Below, in pieces: positions 1 through 10,298 of a stretch of 35,681 bases of DNA. Below the pieces are notes generated by a model. That model worked only from the letters and a program-made list of their open reading frames with translations, was not told the origin of the DNA and did no database searches. The stretch is from the NCBI RefSeq assembly GCF_051659485.1, contig NZ_JBOFOO010000019.1, positions 1 to 35,681 of the forward strand, written 5' to 3'. Origin of the DNA: Craterilacuibacter sp. Its GTDB lineage: Bacteria > Pseudomonadota > Gammaproteobacteria > Burkholderiales > Chromobacteriaceae. Numbering within the stretch: position 1 is the first letter of the stretch; every line of letters starts with the position of its first letter. Position numbers and translations under genes: made by a program.

Positions 1-71
1 AAAATGCCGCTGCTTTGGCCATCGGGCGGCAGCGGGCGGGCTTGCCCGATAAATAGTCCGTTCAGTGGCAT
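1..71 (-). CDS. 5' fragment of a probable MOSC-domain (YiiM-like) protein, truncated by window start
   Basis: Hand translation from ATG at 71: MPLNGLFIGQARPLPPDGQSSGIF..., open to the window edge. AGGA lies upstream and it is co-oriented after cca. The N-terminus resembles MOSC/YiiM proteins from memory; only 23 codons are visible. Confidence 0.45.
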   Translation of the reverse strand, partial: MPLNGLFIGQARPLPPDGQSSGI

Positions 72-109
72 GTGGATTGCGTCCTATCGCTGAGCCTGCT
101 CGCCTGACG

Positions 110-1333
110 CTAGCCGGCGCGGCAGCGGGTGCCGGCGTCAGCGATGGCATGAATACGGGCGGCATCGACGGCGTGCGGGATATCGCGCTTGTCGGCGCAT
201 TGCTGTGCCAGCGCGCCGGCATCGACGCTGCGTGCCGCGAGGAGCAGGTCTGCCAGATAGGCGGCCTGCGGATAGAGGCTGTGTTCGAAACCCAGACGGC
301 CGCGCGCATCGGCTACGCAGGCTGATAGCATGTCGTGAAAACGCTCGGGACGGCGCAGTGCATCGCAGTCGCGGAACAGGCGCAGCACGGTATCGGCACG
401 CATTTCGGGCGCAATATGCACCTTGGTGTGGTACAGGCAGGTGATGCGCGCCAGATCGCGGCATTCGGCCGGTACCCGCAGCCGTTCGCACAGTGCAAGC
501 AAGGGTTTTTCACCGCGCGCCTCGTGGCCGATATGGCGCGGCAGGATGTCGGCGGGGGTCAGCGCCTTGCCCAGGTCATGGGTCAGGCAGGCAAAGCGCA
601 CCGCCAGTGAGGCCCCGCCTTGCGCGGCGGTATCGATGACGCGCATCACATGGTCGCCGGTGTCGATTTCGGGGTGGTAGTCGGCGCGCTGCGGGACGCC
701 GAACAGCGCATCCACTTCGGGCAGGATGCGTGATAGTGCGCCGCATTGGCGCAACACGGCGAACATGCGCGACGGGGTGTCTTCCATCAGGCCGCGGGCG
801 AGCTCTTGCCATACCCGCTCGGGCACCAGTGCATCCACTTCACCGTTTTCGACCATGGTCTGCATCAGGGTCATGGTTTCCGGCGCGACGCTAAAGCCGA
901 AGCGGGCGGCAAAACGTGCCAGACGCAGGATGCGTACCGGATCTTCGGTAAAGGCGTCGCTGACATGGCGCAGGATGCCGGCGGCCAGATCGCGCTGCCC
1001 GGCGTAGGGGTCGGTCAGGCGGCCGTCTTCGTCTTCGGCCATGGCGTTGATGGTCAGGTCGCGCCGTGCCAGATCCTGCTCCAGCGTGACATCCGGCTGG
1101 GCATGAAACACGAAGCCGTGATAGCCGGCCGCCGTCTTGCGCTCGGTGCGCGCCAGTGCATATTCTTCCTGTGTTCTGGGATGCAGGAAGACCGGAAAAT
1201 CACGCCCGACCGGACGAAAGCCCAGGCGCTGCATTTCTTCCGCATGGCTGCCGACCACCACCCAGTCGCGGTCAACGACCGGGCGGCCCAGCAGCCGGTC
1301 GCGTACCGCGCCTCCGACGATGTATAGCTTCAT
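110..1333 (-). CDS. cca: Multifunctional CCA-adding tRNA nucleotidyltransferase / HD phosphohydrolase
   Basis: 407 aa; VGGAVRD, DRDWVV, RRDLTINAMA, EDPVRILR and HD motif THDLGK. Confidence 0.97.
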   Translation of the reverse strand: MKLYIVGGAVRDRLLGRPVVDRDWVVVGSHAEEMQRLGFRPVGRDFPVFLHPRTQEEYALARTERKTAAGYHGFVFHAQPDVTLEQDLARRDLTINAMAEDEDGRLTDPYAGQRDLAAGILRHVSDAFTEDPVRILRLARFAARFGFSVAPETMTLMQTMVENGEVDALVPERVWQELARGLMEDTPSRMFAVLRQCGALSRILPEVDALFGVPQRADYHPEIDTGDHVMRVIDTAAQGGASLAVRFACLTHDLGKALTPADILPRHIGHEARGEKPLLALCERLRVPAECRDLARITCLYHTKVHIAPEMRADTVLRLFRDCDALRRPERFHDMLSACVADARGRLGFEHSLYPQAAYLADLLLAARSVDAGALAQQCADKRDIPHAVDAARIHAIADAGTRCRAG

Positions 1334-2263
1334 TTAATGGCCTCTCCAGCGCGCCAGCCGCGCATTGCGTTCTTCTGCCCCCAGCCAGCCCGGTGCCACT
1401 GCTTCCAGTGCATGGGGTGTAAACCCCAGTAATTCGGCCGGAAAAGGCTGCAGGCTGACATTGTCTACGCTAAGCGAGCGCACATTGTCGCGGCTGATCA
1501 GCGTAGGCCCGGGCAGGCACTCCATCACGCCGGCCTGCAGCATGGCCAGCGGCATAGGCAGGCCGATGAGGGTGCGCGGGTGGCCGGTCAGCTCGCCTAC
1601 ATAAGCCACCAGCTCGCGCAGACGGTAACGATGCGGGCCGGCCAGCTCCAGCGTCTGGCCTATGGTGGCCCGTTTTGTCAGGCACGCGGCGACCGCTTGC
1701 GCGACATCATCGGCCCAGACCGGGGCAAACCGGGTGTCGGCACCGGCCAGTGGCAACACCGGCAACACGGCCAGCAGACGGGCGAACATATTGAGGAAGT
1801 TGTCGTCGCGGGCAAAAATCACCGAGGGGCGCAAAATGGTGTAGTCCAGCCCGCTTTGCATGATGGCACGCTCGCCGCGTGCCTTGGTCTGCTGATAGTC
1901 GGACGGCCCGTGCTCGTCGGCACCCAGTGCACTGAGGTGGATCAGGCGCTTGCGGCCGGTCTGCTTCATGGCATGGATGATCTTTTCCACCAGCGCGACA
2001 TGGGCCGTTTCAAAAGCCTGGCGCGAGCCATGCAGGATGCCGACCATGCTGATGACCGCATCGTGGCCGGCGATCAGGCGCGCCAGTGCGGCCGGATCAT
2101 GGACATCGCAGGGCTGCAACTCGACGCCGGGCAGGGTGGTCAATGCCTTGACCCGCTCCGGGCTGCGGCAGGCGATGGTCAGGCGCATGCCTTGTGCCGT
2201 CAGCGCCTCGGCAATATGCCGTCCGACAAAACCGCTACCGCCTATCAGTACGATGCTTTGCAT
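1334..2263 (-). CDS. Complex I NDUFA9-like NAD(P)-binding atypical SDR / epimerase family protein
   Basis: GGSGFVG Rossmann motif, HLSALGAD, YQQTK, LRPSVIF. ATG 2263 has GGAGAG upstream (alternative start 2275). Typical position between slt and cca. Confidence 0.85.
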   Translation of the reverse strand: MQSIVLIGGSGFVGRHIAEALTAQGMRLTIACRSPERVKALTTLPGVELQPCDVHDPAALARLIAGHDAVISMVGILHGSRQAFETAHVALVEKIIHAMKQTGRKRLIHLSALGADEHGPSDYQQTKARGERAIMQSGLDYTILRPSVIFARDDNFLNMFARLLAVLPVLPLAGADTRFAPVWADDVAQAVAACLTKRATIGQTLELAGPHRYRLRELVAYVGELTGHPRTLIGLPMPLAMLQAGVMECLPGPTLISRDNVRSLSVDNVSLQPFPAELLGFTPHALEAVAPGWLGAEERNARLARWRGH

Positions 2264-2311
2264 GCTGCTCTCCATGGTCTCTGCTGGTTTTATTCTGGGT
2301 GCCGGCCTGTT

Positions 2312-4147
2312 TTATTTGGCCGCTATGGTACCCATTCTGGCCTTGAGCGAGGTTTCACCCTGGCCGAAACTGGCCGAGTAATAGACCGCGTTGGCCATCA
2401 CCTTTTGCACATAGTCGCGCGTTTCGGTGAACGGGATGGTTTCGGTGTAGATGGCGCCATCCAGCGGCTTGCTGTCGCGCCAGGCGCGGGCGCGGCCCGG
2501 GCCTGCGTTATAGCCGGCAGTCGCCAGTACCGGGTGGCCGGTGGTATCCAGTACATGCCTGAGATACCAGGTGCCCAGCTGGATATTGGTGTCGACATCA
2601 TTGACATCAAAGCTAGGCAGGCCAACTTTGCCTGCCACCCAGCGCGCGGTTGCCGGCATCAGCTGCATCAGGCCGGAGGCGCCCACGCCGGAGCGTGCCA
2701 CCACGGTAAATCGGCTTTCCTGACGCATCAGGCCATAAATCCAGGCCGGATCGACTTCCAGCTGTCTGGCGTAGCGCTCGGTGCTGCTGCGATAGGGTGC
2801 CAGAAAGCGCAGGCCGAAGTTATGCGTGTTTTGCGTGCGCTCGGCGCTGTAAATCGCCATATCGTAAAAGCCCTTGCTCTGGGCCAGCGTCGCGGCGGCA
2901 ATCAGCTCGGGGTCGGTCTTGCCGCGCATGGCCCAGCGCCACTCCCGGCGCGCTTCTTCGTGAAATTCCGGGCGTTTGAGGGTATCGGACAAGGCAAACA
3001 GGCTGATGGCACGGCTGATGGCCGGTTCGCGTGCGATGGCGGCTACCGCCTTGTCGCTGGCCTGCAAGGGCTTGGCCGGTTCGGACAGACTGTTGCCCAG
3101 CTCCTCCCGTGCCAGTATGCCGTAATAGTTGTACTCGCTGCTCTGGCGTGCCAGGCGGGCGTTGGCGCTGCTGCGTTTGCCTTGCGCCAGTTCGGCGCGC
3201 GACAGCCAGTAGCGCCATGCCGGGCGTTCGGCCAGCTTGGCCGGCATTTTGCCTATCACCGCGCTTAAGGTATTCCAGTCCTGATCGCGTAGTGTGGAGC
3301 GGGCCCACCATTCCCATTGCTCGGGGGTCAGCTCGCCTGTCGCCGATTTGGCATACCAGGCCAGTGCCTGGCTCATATCCTGCCGCCTGGCGGCGCGGGT
3401 GGCCAGCTCGCCCCAGGCAAAGCCGGCCTGCTCGCGTGTCAGGGTGGGTTCGAGGCGGGTGAGGTCGGAGGCAGCGCCGGCAAGATCGTTTCTGCCCCGG
3501 CGCACGATGGCGATCACTGCCGCTTCGCTATTGCCCGTGCTAAAAAATTCGCCGGACAGACCGGCGGAGGCCGCCAAGCCCCGCGCGACGGTCACATAAT
3601 TGCCGGCCATCAGGGTACGGATGCGCGAGCGCACTTCGTCGGGCTTGAAGGTGCCCAGCGTGGCGGCTTCGTTTAGCAGGCTGTTGCAGCCTTCCGGTAG
3701 CGTGCTCTTGTCCAGCAGGGCGCTGTCCGGCGGCGAAATCTTGCCGGTCTTGAGCTCGGACAAGGCGGCATAGCATTGGGTTTCCTGATCGCGCGCGTCT
3801 TCGGGTGCGCGCACCAGCTCACGCCTAAAAGCGTCCCAGTTGTTTTCTTTGCCCAGACGCTTGAGCCACTCGTTAGCCAGGCGTTCGGTCAGGGTGGAGG
3901 GCGGCTGGCTGGCCAGAAAGCGGCGCGCCGGTGCATCGTCGCTATTTTCCAGCGACTTGAGGGCCAGCCAGTAGCGCGGGTAAATGGAAAGCGGCGAGTC
4001 AGCGCTGCTGGCAGCCAGACTTTCCAGCCGTGGAATGTCGCCGGCGCGCCAGGCATCGCGGGCTGCACCCAGGTCCTCGTTACTGTCGGCATAGGCCGCA
4101 GCAGGCAGGACAAACAGGCTGAAACATACTAAGGAAATTTTTTTCAT
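2312..4147 (-). CDS. slt: Soluble lytic murein transglycosylase (Slt70-like)
   Basis: 611 aa; Sec signal peptide, helical-repeat body, C-terminal SLT motifs RQES, GLMQLMP, GYNAG, ETRDYV. Confidence 0.93.
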   Translation of the reverse strand: MKKISLVCFSLFVLPAAAYADSNEDLGAARDAWRAGDIPRLESLAASSADSPLSIYPRYWLALKSLENSDDAPARRFLASQPPSTLTERLANEWLKRLGKENNWDAFRRELVRAPEDARDQETQCYAALSELKTGKISPPDSALLDKSTLPEGCNSLLNEAATLGTFKPDEVRSRIRTLMAGNYVTVARGLAASAGLSGEFFSTGNSEAAVIAIVRRGRNDLAGAASDLTRLEPTLTREQAGFAWGELATRAARRQDMSQALAWYAKSATGELTPEQWEWWARSTLRDQDWNTLSAVIGKMPAKLAERPAWRYWLSRAELAQGKRSSANARLARQSSEYNYYGILAREELGNSLSEPAKPLQASDKAVAAIAREPAISRAISLFALSDTLKRPEFHEEARREWRWAMRGKTDPELIAAATLAQSKGFYDMAIYSAERTQNTHNFGLRFLAPYRSSTERYARQLEVDPAWIYGLMRQESRFTVVARSGVGASGLMQLMPATARWVAGKVGLPSFDVNDVDTNIQLGTWYLRHVLDTTGHPVLATAGYNAGPGRARAWRDSKPLDGAIYTETIPFTETRDYVQKVMANAVYYSASFGQGETSLKARMGTIAAK

Positions 4148-4148
4148 G

Positions 4149-5639
4149 TCACTTGCGCCAAAAGGCGGGAGTAAAGAGGATCAGGATGGTGAATATTTCC
4201 AGCCGCCCCAATAGCATGGCAAGGCTGCATACCCAGGTCTGGAAATCGTTCAGGCCTGCGTAATTGGCGCTAGGGCCGACTTCACCCAGCCCCGGGCCTG
4301 CATTATTGATGCAGGACACGATGGCGGAGGCGGCAGTCTGGAAATCCAGCCCGCTGCCTAACAGCACGAAAGTCAGAACCACCACACTCAAAATGTATAC
4401 AAAGATAAAGCCCAGCACCGAAAAGGCGACATTGTCGGGCAGGGTGCGGCCGCTGACCTTGAGCGGAATAATGGCCTGCGGATGCAGCAACTGTGTCATT
4501 TCCCGCTTGGCCTGACCAAACAGGATCAGGCTGCGTATCATCTTGATGCCGCCGCCGACCGAGCCCGAGCAGGCGGTAAAGCAGGATAGAAACAGCATCC
4601 ATACCGGTACGAATAAAGGCCATTGTCCGTAATCGGTACTGGCAAAGCCCGATGCGGTCGCGATGGAAATGACGTTGAATGTCACGTGACGCAGCGATTC
4701 GCTCAGGCTGTAAACATCTTGCCACCACAGGTAAAACGCCAGCATCAGGATGCTGGACAGGATGACCAGCAGCATGGCGATGAATTCGTTGTCCACGCGA
4801 TAAGGTGCGGCCGAGCGTTTTTTCCACGCCAGAAAGTGGGTGGCGTAATTGGTGGCCGACAGCAGGGTAAAGCCGGCAATAACCAGCTCGATAGCCAGCG
4901 AGTCGTAATGCCCGACGCTGGCGTCGCGGGTAGAAAAGCCACCCAGTGCCACGGTAGACAGGCCATGGCACAGTGCATCGAATGCACTCATTCCCACCAG
5001 ATAAAGCATGCTGATGCACAGCACGGTCAGGACGCAATACATGGTCCACAAGCTCTTGGCGGCCTGGGTGATGCGTGGTGCCAGCTTGGCGTCCTTCATC
5101 GGTCCCGGTGTCTCGGCCTTGTAGACCTGCATGCCGCCCACGCCCAGAAGCGGCAGGATGGCCACCGCCAGCACGATAATGCCCATGCCGCCCATCCACT
5201 GCATGAAGTGGCGCCAGAAGTTGATTGCCGGCGGTAAGACATCCAGTGAAAACAGCACGGTCGCGCCATTGGTGGTCAGCGCCGAGATCGCCTCGAAAAA
5301 TGCATCGGTAAAGGAAAGTGTGCTATCGAAAAGCATAAACGGGATGGCTGCGGTGGCGGCAAAACCGACCCATAGCGCCACCACCAGAATAAAGCCGTCG
5401 CGCGGCTTGAGTTCGCGCTCGAAGCGGCGGGTCGCCGCCCAGGCAAACAGGCCGATGGCCAGCCCCGCTACGCCGGAGAGCAGGAAGGCTTCCAGCGTGT
5501 GATCCTTATAGATGACGCTCACGCCAGCCGGTACGATGAACATGCAGGAAAACAGCATGATCAGTTTGGAAAACACATGGGCAATAGGCAACAGCTTGCC
5601 CAGCGCGCCCCCGGGCGCCGGTAGTCTTAGGGCTCTCAT
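4149..5639 (-). CDS. trkH: Trk potassium uptake membrane protein
   Basis: 496 aa polytopic; pore-loop motifs TTNGAT, LGGFS, ASGF, NAGPG; LGRLEI; TGATG overlap with trkA. Confidence 0.95.
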   Translation of the reverse strand: MRALRLPAPGGALGKLLPIAHVFSKLIMLFSCMFIVPAGVSVIYKDHTLEAFLLSGVAGLAIGLFAWAATRRFERELKPRDGFILVVALWVGFAATAAIPFMLFDSTLSFTDAFFEAISALTTNGATVLFSLDVLPPAINFWRHFMQWMGGMGIIVLAVAILPLLGVGGMQVYKAETPGPMKDAKLAPRITQAAKSLWTMYCVLTVLCISMLYLVGMSAFDALCHGLSTVALGGFSTRDASVGHYDSLAIELVIAGFTLLSATNYATHFLAWKKRSAAPYRVDNEFIAMLLVILSSILMLAFYLWWQDVYSLSESLRHVTFNVISIATASGFASTDYGQWPLFVPVWMLFLSCFTACSGSVGGGIKMIRSLILFGQAKREMTQLLHPQAIIPLKVSGRTLPDNVAFSVLGFIFVYILSVVVLTFVLLGSGLDFQTAASAIVSCINNAGPGLGEVGPSANYAGLNDFQTWVCSLAMLLGRLEIFTILILFTPAFWRK

Positions 5640-7015
5640 CAGAAGAAGCCCAGCTTGACCTGAATCAGCTGCTCCACTTCGCGCACCAGACGACGGTGGG
5701 CCACGAAGATAATCAGATGGTCTTCGCTGAAAATCACTTCGTCGTGGTGTGCCATGCGCACTTCGCCATTGCGCACGATGGCGCTGATATAACAGCCGTG
5801 CGGCATTTCCACTTCGTCTATGCGCAGGCCCACCAGACGCGAGGTCTTGCGGTCGCCCTTGACCACGACTTCCATCGCTTCGGTGCGCCCGCCGCGCAGC
5901 GCATGTACCGCCTCGACGTCGCCACGGCGCAGATGGGCGAGAATCGACCCGATGGTGGACTGGTGCGGTGAAATCACGATGTCGATGCTGTGGCCTTCCA
6001 GCAGTTCGACATAGCTTGCGCGATTGACCAGCGCAATCACCCGCTTGGCACCCATGCGTTTGGCCAGCAGGGTCGACATTACATTGTCTTCGTCGTCATT
6101 GGTCAGCGCGCAAAAGACATCCATCTCGTCGATGTTTTCCGCTTCCAGCAGGGCTTCGTCGGTGGCTTCGCCGTGCAGTACCAGGGTGCTGCCCAGATTG
6201 TCGCCCAGCCATTCGCAGCGTTCGCGGCGGATCTCGACGATCTTGACTTCGTAGCCGGCCTCTTCCAGCTGTTTGGCCAGACGGTGGCCGATATTGCCGC
6301 CGCCGGCGATCATCACCCGGCGTATGCGCTGGCTGCTATTGCGCAGCTCGGCCAGCATGTGCGGCACGGCCGCCCGTTCGGCGAGGAAAAATACTTCATC
6401 CTCGCTTTGCAGGATGGTGTCGCCCTTGGGGATGATCAGCTTGTTGTTGCGGTAGATGGCACAAAAGCGGCAGTCGGTATCCGGCAAATCCTGGCGGACA
6501 TTGCGTAGCTCGCGCCCCAGCAGCAGGCCGCCCTGCATCGCCTTGACCGCCACCAGTTGCACCCGGCCACCGGCAAAATCCAGCACCTGCAAGGCGCCGG
6601 GGTATTCGAACAGCTGAAACAGGTTTTCGGTCACGATCTGCTCGGGGCAGATGGGCTGCTCGACGCCGAACAGATCCAGGGTATTGCGGTCGCCGTATTC
6701 GACATAGTCGCTGGCGCGCACCCGTGCGATACGGGTGGGAATGTTGAAGAGTTCGCGTGCGAGTTTGCACGCGACCAGATTGGTCTCGTCGTTACGGGTC
6801 AGCGCCAGCAGCATATCGGTATCGGCGGCACCGGCCAGCGCCAGTACCGAGGGCTGGGCGGCATTGCCGGTGATGGTCTGGATGTCTAGCCTGTCCTGCA
6901 ATTGCTTGAGCAATTTACTGTCCAGATCGACGATGGTGATGTCGTTTTCCTCTGAGGCCAGATTTTCCGCTACACGGGCACCGACCTGGCCGCCACCCAA
7001 AATCAGAATTTTCAC
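5639..7015 (-). CDS. trkA: Trk potassium uptake NAD-binding gating subunit
   Basis: 458 aa with two RCK Rossmann motifs (ILGGGQVG, IAGGGNIG); GTG start. Confidence 0.96.
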   Translation of the reverse strand: MKILILGGGQVGARVAENLASEENDITIVDLDSKLLKQLQDRLDIQTITGNAAQPSVLALAGAADTDMLLALTRNDETNLVACKLARELFNIPTRIARVRASDYVEYGDRNTLDLFGVEQPICPEQIVTENLFQLFEYPGALQVLDFAGGRVQLVAVKAMQGGLLLGRELRNVRQDLPDTDCRFCAIYRNNKLIIPKGDTILQSEDEVFFLAERAAVPHMLAELRNSSQRIRRVMIAGGGNIGHRLAKQLEEAGYEVKIVEIRRERCEWLGDNLGSTLVLHGEATDEALLEAENIDEMDVFCALTNDDEDNVMSTLLAKRMGAKRVIALVNRASYVELLEGHSIDIVISPHQSTIGSILAHLRRGDVEAVHALRGGRTEAMEVVVKGDRKTSRLVGLRIDEVEMPHGCYISAIVRNGEVRMAHHDEVIFSEDHLIIFVAHRRLVREVEQLIQVKLGFF

Positions 7016-7200
7016 TATAAACAGCCAGAAATATTAATCAGTATGGCTGCGATTCTATCGGTTTCAGCCGCGTGGCGCACGGCGTTCATTTCTTTGCTTT
7101 TGGCCGCTATCTTTCATTTTCCCGTGCCTGCCTGTCATCCATACCCTTGTTGTCCTAGTGTGTAAGTCAGTTGCCGGCCCATCGCGCCAAGGAGAGAGTC

Positions 7201-7821
7201 ATGCGGTCCCTGAAAATGATGTTGCTGCTGGTGTGGATGACGGCCTTGTCCGGCTGTGGCTACAACACCCTGCAGTCCACCGATGAACAGATCAATGGCA
7301 GCTGGTCCGAGGTGCTGAACCAGTACCAGCGCCGTGCCGATCTGGTGCCCAATCTGGTGCGCACCGTGCAAGGCTATGCCAAACACGAAAAGGATGTGCT
7401 GCTGCAGGTCACCGAAGCACGCGCCCGTGTGGGCAGTATGCAAATGACGCCCGAGCTGGCCAACGATCCGGCGGCACTGGCACGTTTTCAGGCCGAGCAG
7501 GGCAAGTTGGGTAGTGCCTTGTCACGCTTGCTGGTGGTGGCGGAAAATTACCCGCAGCTCAAGGCCGATGCCGGTTTTCGCGATCTGCAAGCCCAGTTGG
7601 AGGGCACCGAGAACCGCATCGCGGTGGCGCGCAACCGCTACATCAAGGCGGTGCAGGACTACAACCTGACCGTGCGCAGCTTCCCGTCCAATCTGACCGC
7701 GATGGCGCTGGGCTACAAGGTCAAGCCCAATTTCAGCGTCGAAAACGAAAAAGCGATCAGTGCCGCGCCGACGGTCGATTTCGGCAGTAGTCCGGCGCCT
7801 GCTGCTTCGGCGGCATATTGA
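7201..7821 (+). CDS. lemA: LemA family protein (probable lipoprotein)
   Basis: AAGGAG RBS before ATG 7201; lipobox-like LSGC followed by GYN; YQRRADLVPNLV, ENYPQLKA, LEGTENRI. Confidence 0.93.
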   Translation: MRSLKMMLLLVWMTALSGCGYNTLQSTDEQINGSWSEVLNQYQRRADLVPNLVRTVQGYAKHEKDVLLQVTEARARVGSMQMTPELANDPAALARFQAEQGKLGSALSRLLVVAENYPQLKADAGFRDLQAQLEGTENRIAVARNRYIKAVQDYNLTVRSFPSNLTAMALGYKVKPNFSVENEKAISAAPTVDFGSSPAPAASAAY

Positions 7822-7822
7822 G

Positions 7823-8677
7823 ATGGCCGGCGTCGCGCGTCTGCTGCTGACTCTGTGGTTTGCCTTATTGTCCTGGGGCGGGGCGCTGCAAGCTGCACAA
7901 GTCGCCGTGCCGGTACTGAACGCGCGGGTGACCGATCTGAGCCAGTCGCTCAGCGCGGCCGAAATTGCTGCACTGGAAAGCAAACTGGCCGCTTTTGAGC
8001 AGGAGAAGGGCAGCCAGCTGGCGCTATTGATGGTGCCCACTAGCGGGGATGAAAGCATAGAACAGTATGCGCTGCGGGCGGCGGAGCAATGGAAGCTGGG
8101 GCGCAAGGGGGTGGACGATGGCGCCTTGCTGGTGGTCGCCAAGGATGACCGCACCTTGCGTATCGAGGTGGGCTACGGTCTGGAAGGGGCGCTGAACGAT
8201 GCCACCTGCAAGCGCATCATCAGCGAAGTCATCGTGCCGCAGTTCCGCACCGGCCAGTTTGCCGGCGGGATCAATGCCGGGCTGGACAGCATGATGGCGG
8301 TGGTGCGTGGCGAGCCGCTGCCTGCGCCTGCGCGCGCGGCAAGCACCGGCAGTATGGCGCAACTAACGGATATTGCGCCCTTGCTGATGATGATCGTACT
8401 GGTGGCTGGCGGGTTTTTGCGCATTTTTTTCGGGCGCTTGCCGGCGGCGCTATTGACCGGTGCCGGTGTCTCGCTGGCGGTCTGGCTGTTTGCCGGCGCC
8501 AGCTTGCTGGTGTTGCTGTCCGGCGCGCTGGCTTTTGTCTTTACTCTGATGGGGCGGCTGGGCGGGCATGGCGGCTGGAGTAGTGGCCACGGCGGGCGCG
8601 GCGGCGGCTTCGGGGGGGGCGGCTTTGGCGGTGGAGGGGGCGGCTTCGGCGGAGGCGGCGCCTCGGGGAGATGGTGA
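7823..8677 (+). CDS. TPM-domain (YgcG-like) membrane protein with Gly-rich C-terminal tail
   Basis: Signal peptide, WKLGRKGVDDGALL, IEVGYGLEG, TM helices, tail ending GGFGGGGASGRW. ATG one base after the lemA stop. Confidence 0.9.
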   Translation: MAGVARLLLTLWFALLSWGGALQAAQVAVPVLNARVTDLSQSLSAAEIAALESKLAAFEQEKGSQLALLMVPTSGDESIEQYALRAAEQWKLGRKGVDDGALLVVAKDDRTLRIEVGYGLEGALNDATCKRIISEVIVPQFRTGQFAGGINAGLDSMMAVVRGEPLPAPARAASTGSMAQLTDIAPLLMMIVLVAGGFLRIFFGRLPAALLTGAGVSLAVWLFAGASLLVLLSGALAFVFTLMGRLGGHGGWSSGHGGRGGGFGGGGFGGGGGGFGGGGASGRW

Positions 8678-9180
8678 TGTTGCGCTGGAAACGCCTGTTC
8701 AGGCATTTATCCATGACCGGCTGGCAAGTCCGGCGCCGGTTTTCGCCATCGGCGCTGGATGCCATCGAACACGCTATCCGTGACGGGGAGACGCTTCACG
8801 GCGGGCAGGTTTGCTTTGCGCTGGAGGGTGCCTTGTCCGCCAGGGCGCTGTTGTCCGGCGAGTTGGCAGGTGCACGTGCCCTCGACGTTTTCTCGCGGCT
8901 GCGGGTGTGGGACACCGCGCTCAATAACGGGGTGCTGATCTATCTGTTGCTGGCCGATCACGATGTGGAAATCGTTGCCGATCGCGGCATTCATGCCCGG
9001 GTGGGCGCTGCAGGCTGGGAAGCCGTCTGTCGCCAGATGGAAGCGGCGTTTCGCGCCGGACAGTTCGAACAGGGGGCGGTTGACGGTATTGCTGCCGTCA
9101 ACCGCCTGCTGCGCCAGCATTATCCGCCAGACGGGGCGGCGCGGCACAACGAGCTGCCTGACCGCCCCCTTGTTCTGTAG
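8671..9180 (+). CDS. Second TPM-domain protein (short type)
   Basis: LRVWDT-x2-NNGVLIYL, EIVADRGI, NELPDRP; the usual third gene of lemA-TPM-TPM operons. Confidence 0.88.
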   Translation: MVMLRWKRLFRHLSMTGWQVRRRFSPSALDAIEHAIRDGETLHGGQVCFALEGALSARALLSGELAGARALDVFSRLRVWDTALNNGVLIYLLLADHDVEIVADRGIHARVGAAGWEAVCRQMEAAFRAGQFEQGAVDGIAAVNRLLRQHYPPDGAARHNELPDRPLVL

Positions 9181-9203
9181 CCGCTGGCGTTTTCAAGCAG
9201 GCA

Positions 9204-10262
9204 TCAGTTGGGCGCCCCGCGACCGACAAACCAGCGCCGCCCTATCCATAGCGCGACACTGACCAGCAGGATCAGCACCGGTACCTCGACCAGCGGGCCG
9301 ATCACGGCGGCAAAGGCGATGGGAGATGCCAGGCCGAAGGCGGCAATCGCCACCGCGATCGCCAGCTCGAAATTATTGCTGGCGGCGGTAAAGCTCATCG
9401 CCACTGTCTTGGGGTAATCCTCGCCGACCAGATGGCCCATGAAAAAGCTGATGCCGAACATCACCACAAAATAAATAGTCAGGGGAATGGCGATGCGCAG
9501 CGCATCCAGCGGCAGGCGTACCACATCGGCACCCTTGAGACTGAACATGGCCACGATGGTCAGCAATAGCGCGACCAGTGTCAACGGGCTGATCTTGGGC
9601 AGGAAGCGCGTTTCGTACCAGTCGCTGCCGCGGCGGGCTATCAGCCATTTGCGCGTCAGATAACCGCCGACAAAGGGGATGCCGAGATAGATCAGTACCG
9701 CTTGGGCGATGGTGGTGAAGCCTACGTCGATCACGCTGCCGGAGAGGCCGAACAGCGGAGGCAGGAACGACAGGTAGAACCAGGCGAATACGCTGAAAAA
9801 CAGGATCTGGAAGATTGAATTGAACGCCACCAGCCCCGCTACATACTGGTTGTCGCCGCGCGCAAGCGTATTCCACACGATGACCATGGCGATGCAGCGC
9901 GCGAGGCCGATCAGGATCACCCCGGTCATATATTCGGGCGAGTCGCTCAGGAAGATCACCGCCAGCGCAAACATCAGCGCCGGGCCGATGATCCAGTTTT
10001 GTACCAGCGACAGCACCAGCATGCGTTTGTCGGCGAATACCCGGGGCAGGTCTTCGTAATGCACACGCGCCAGCGGCGGGTACATCATCACGATCAGGCC
10101 GATGGCGATCGGGATATTGGTCGAGCCTAGCGACAGGCTGTTCAGCCAGTCCGGGAAGCCGGGGATGACGGTCCCCAGCAGAATGCCCAGCGCCATGGCG
10201 GCGAAGATCCATAGCGTCAGATAGCGGTCGAGAAAAGACAGGCGTTTGTTTGGAGTGCTCAT
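9204..10262 (-). CDS. acr3: Acr3-family arsenite efflux permease
   Basis: 352 aa; [27 protein letters not shown] (essential Cys), [18 protein letters not shown]. Confidence 0.96.
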   Translation of the reverse strand: MSTPNKRLSFLDRYLTLWIFAAMALGILLGTVIPGFPDWLNSLSLGSTNIPIAIGLIVMMYPPLARVHYEDLPRVFADKRMLVLSLVQNWIIGPALMFALAVIFLSDSPEYMTGVILIGLARCIAMVIVWNTLARGDNQYVAGLVAFNSIFQILFFSVFAWFYLSFLPPLFGLSGSVIDVGFTTIAQAVLIYLGIPFVGGYLTRKWLIARRGSDWYETRFLPKISPLTLVALLLTIVAMFSLKGADVVRLPLDALRIAIPLTIYFVVMFGISFFMGHLVGEDYPKTVAMSFTAASNNFELAIAVAIAAFGLASPIAFAAVIGPLVEVPVLILLVSVALWIGRRWFVGRGAPN

Positions 10263-10298
10263 GTTTGGGCTCTTGGGGGGTGGTGCCTGGTTAAAAGT

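Noticed and set aside
1-55. Overlapping hairpins at the window start as an ncRNA
   Set aside because: Better explained as GC-rich coding sequence of the minus-strand gene starting at 71.
1580-3268. 562-aa plus-strand ORF
   Set aside because: Antisense shadow of the slt and SDR genes; no recognisable motifs; long shadow ORFs are common at high GC.
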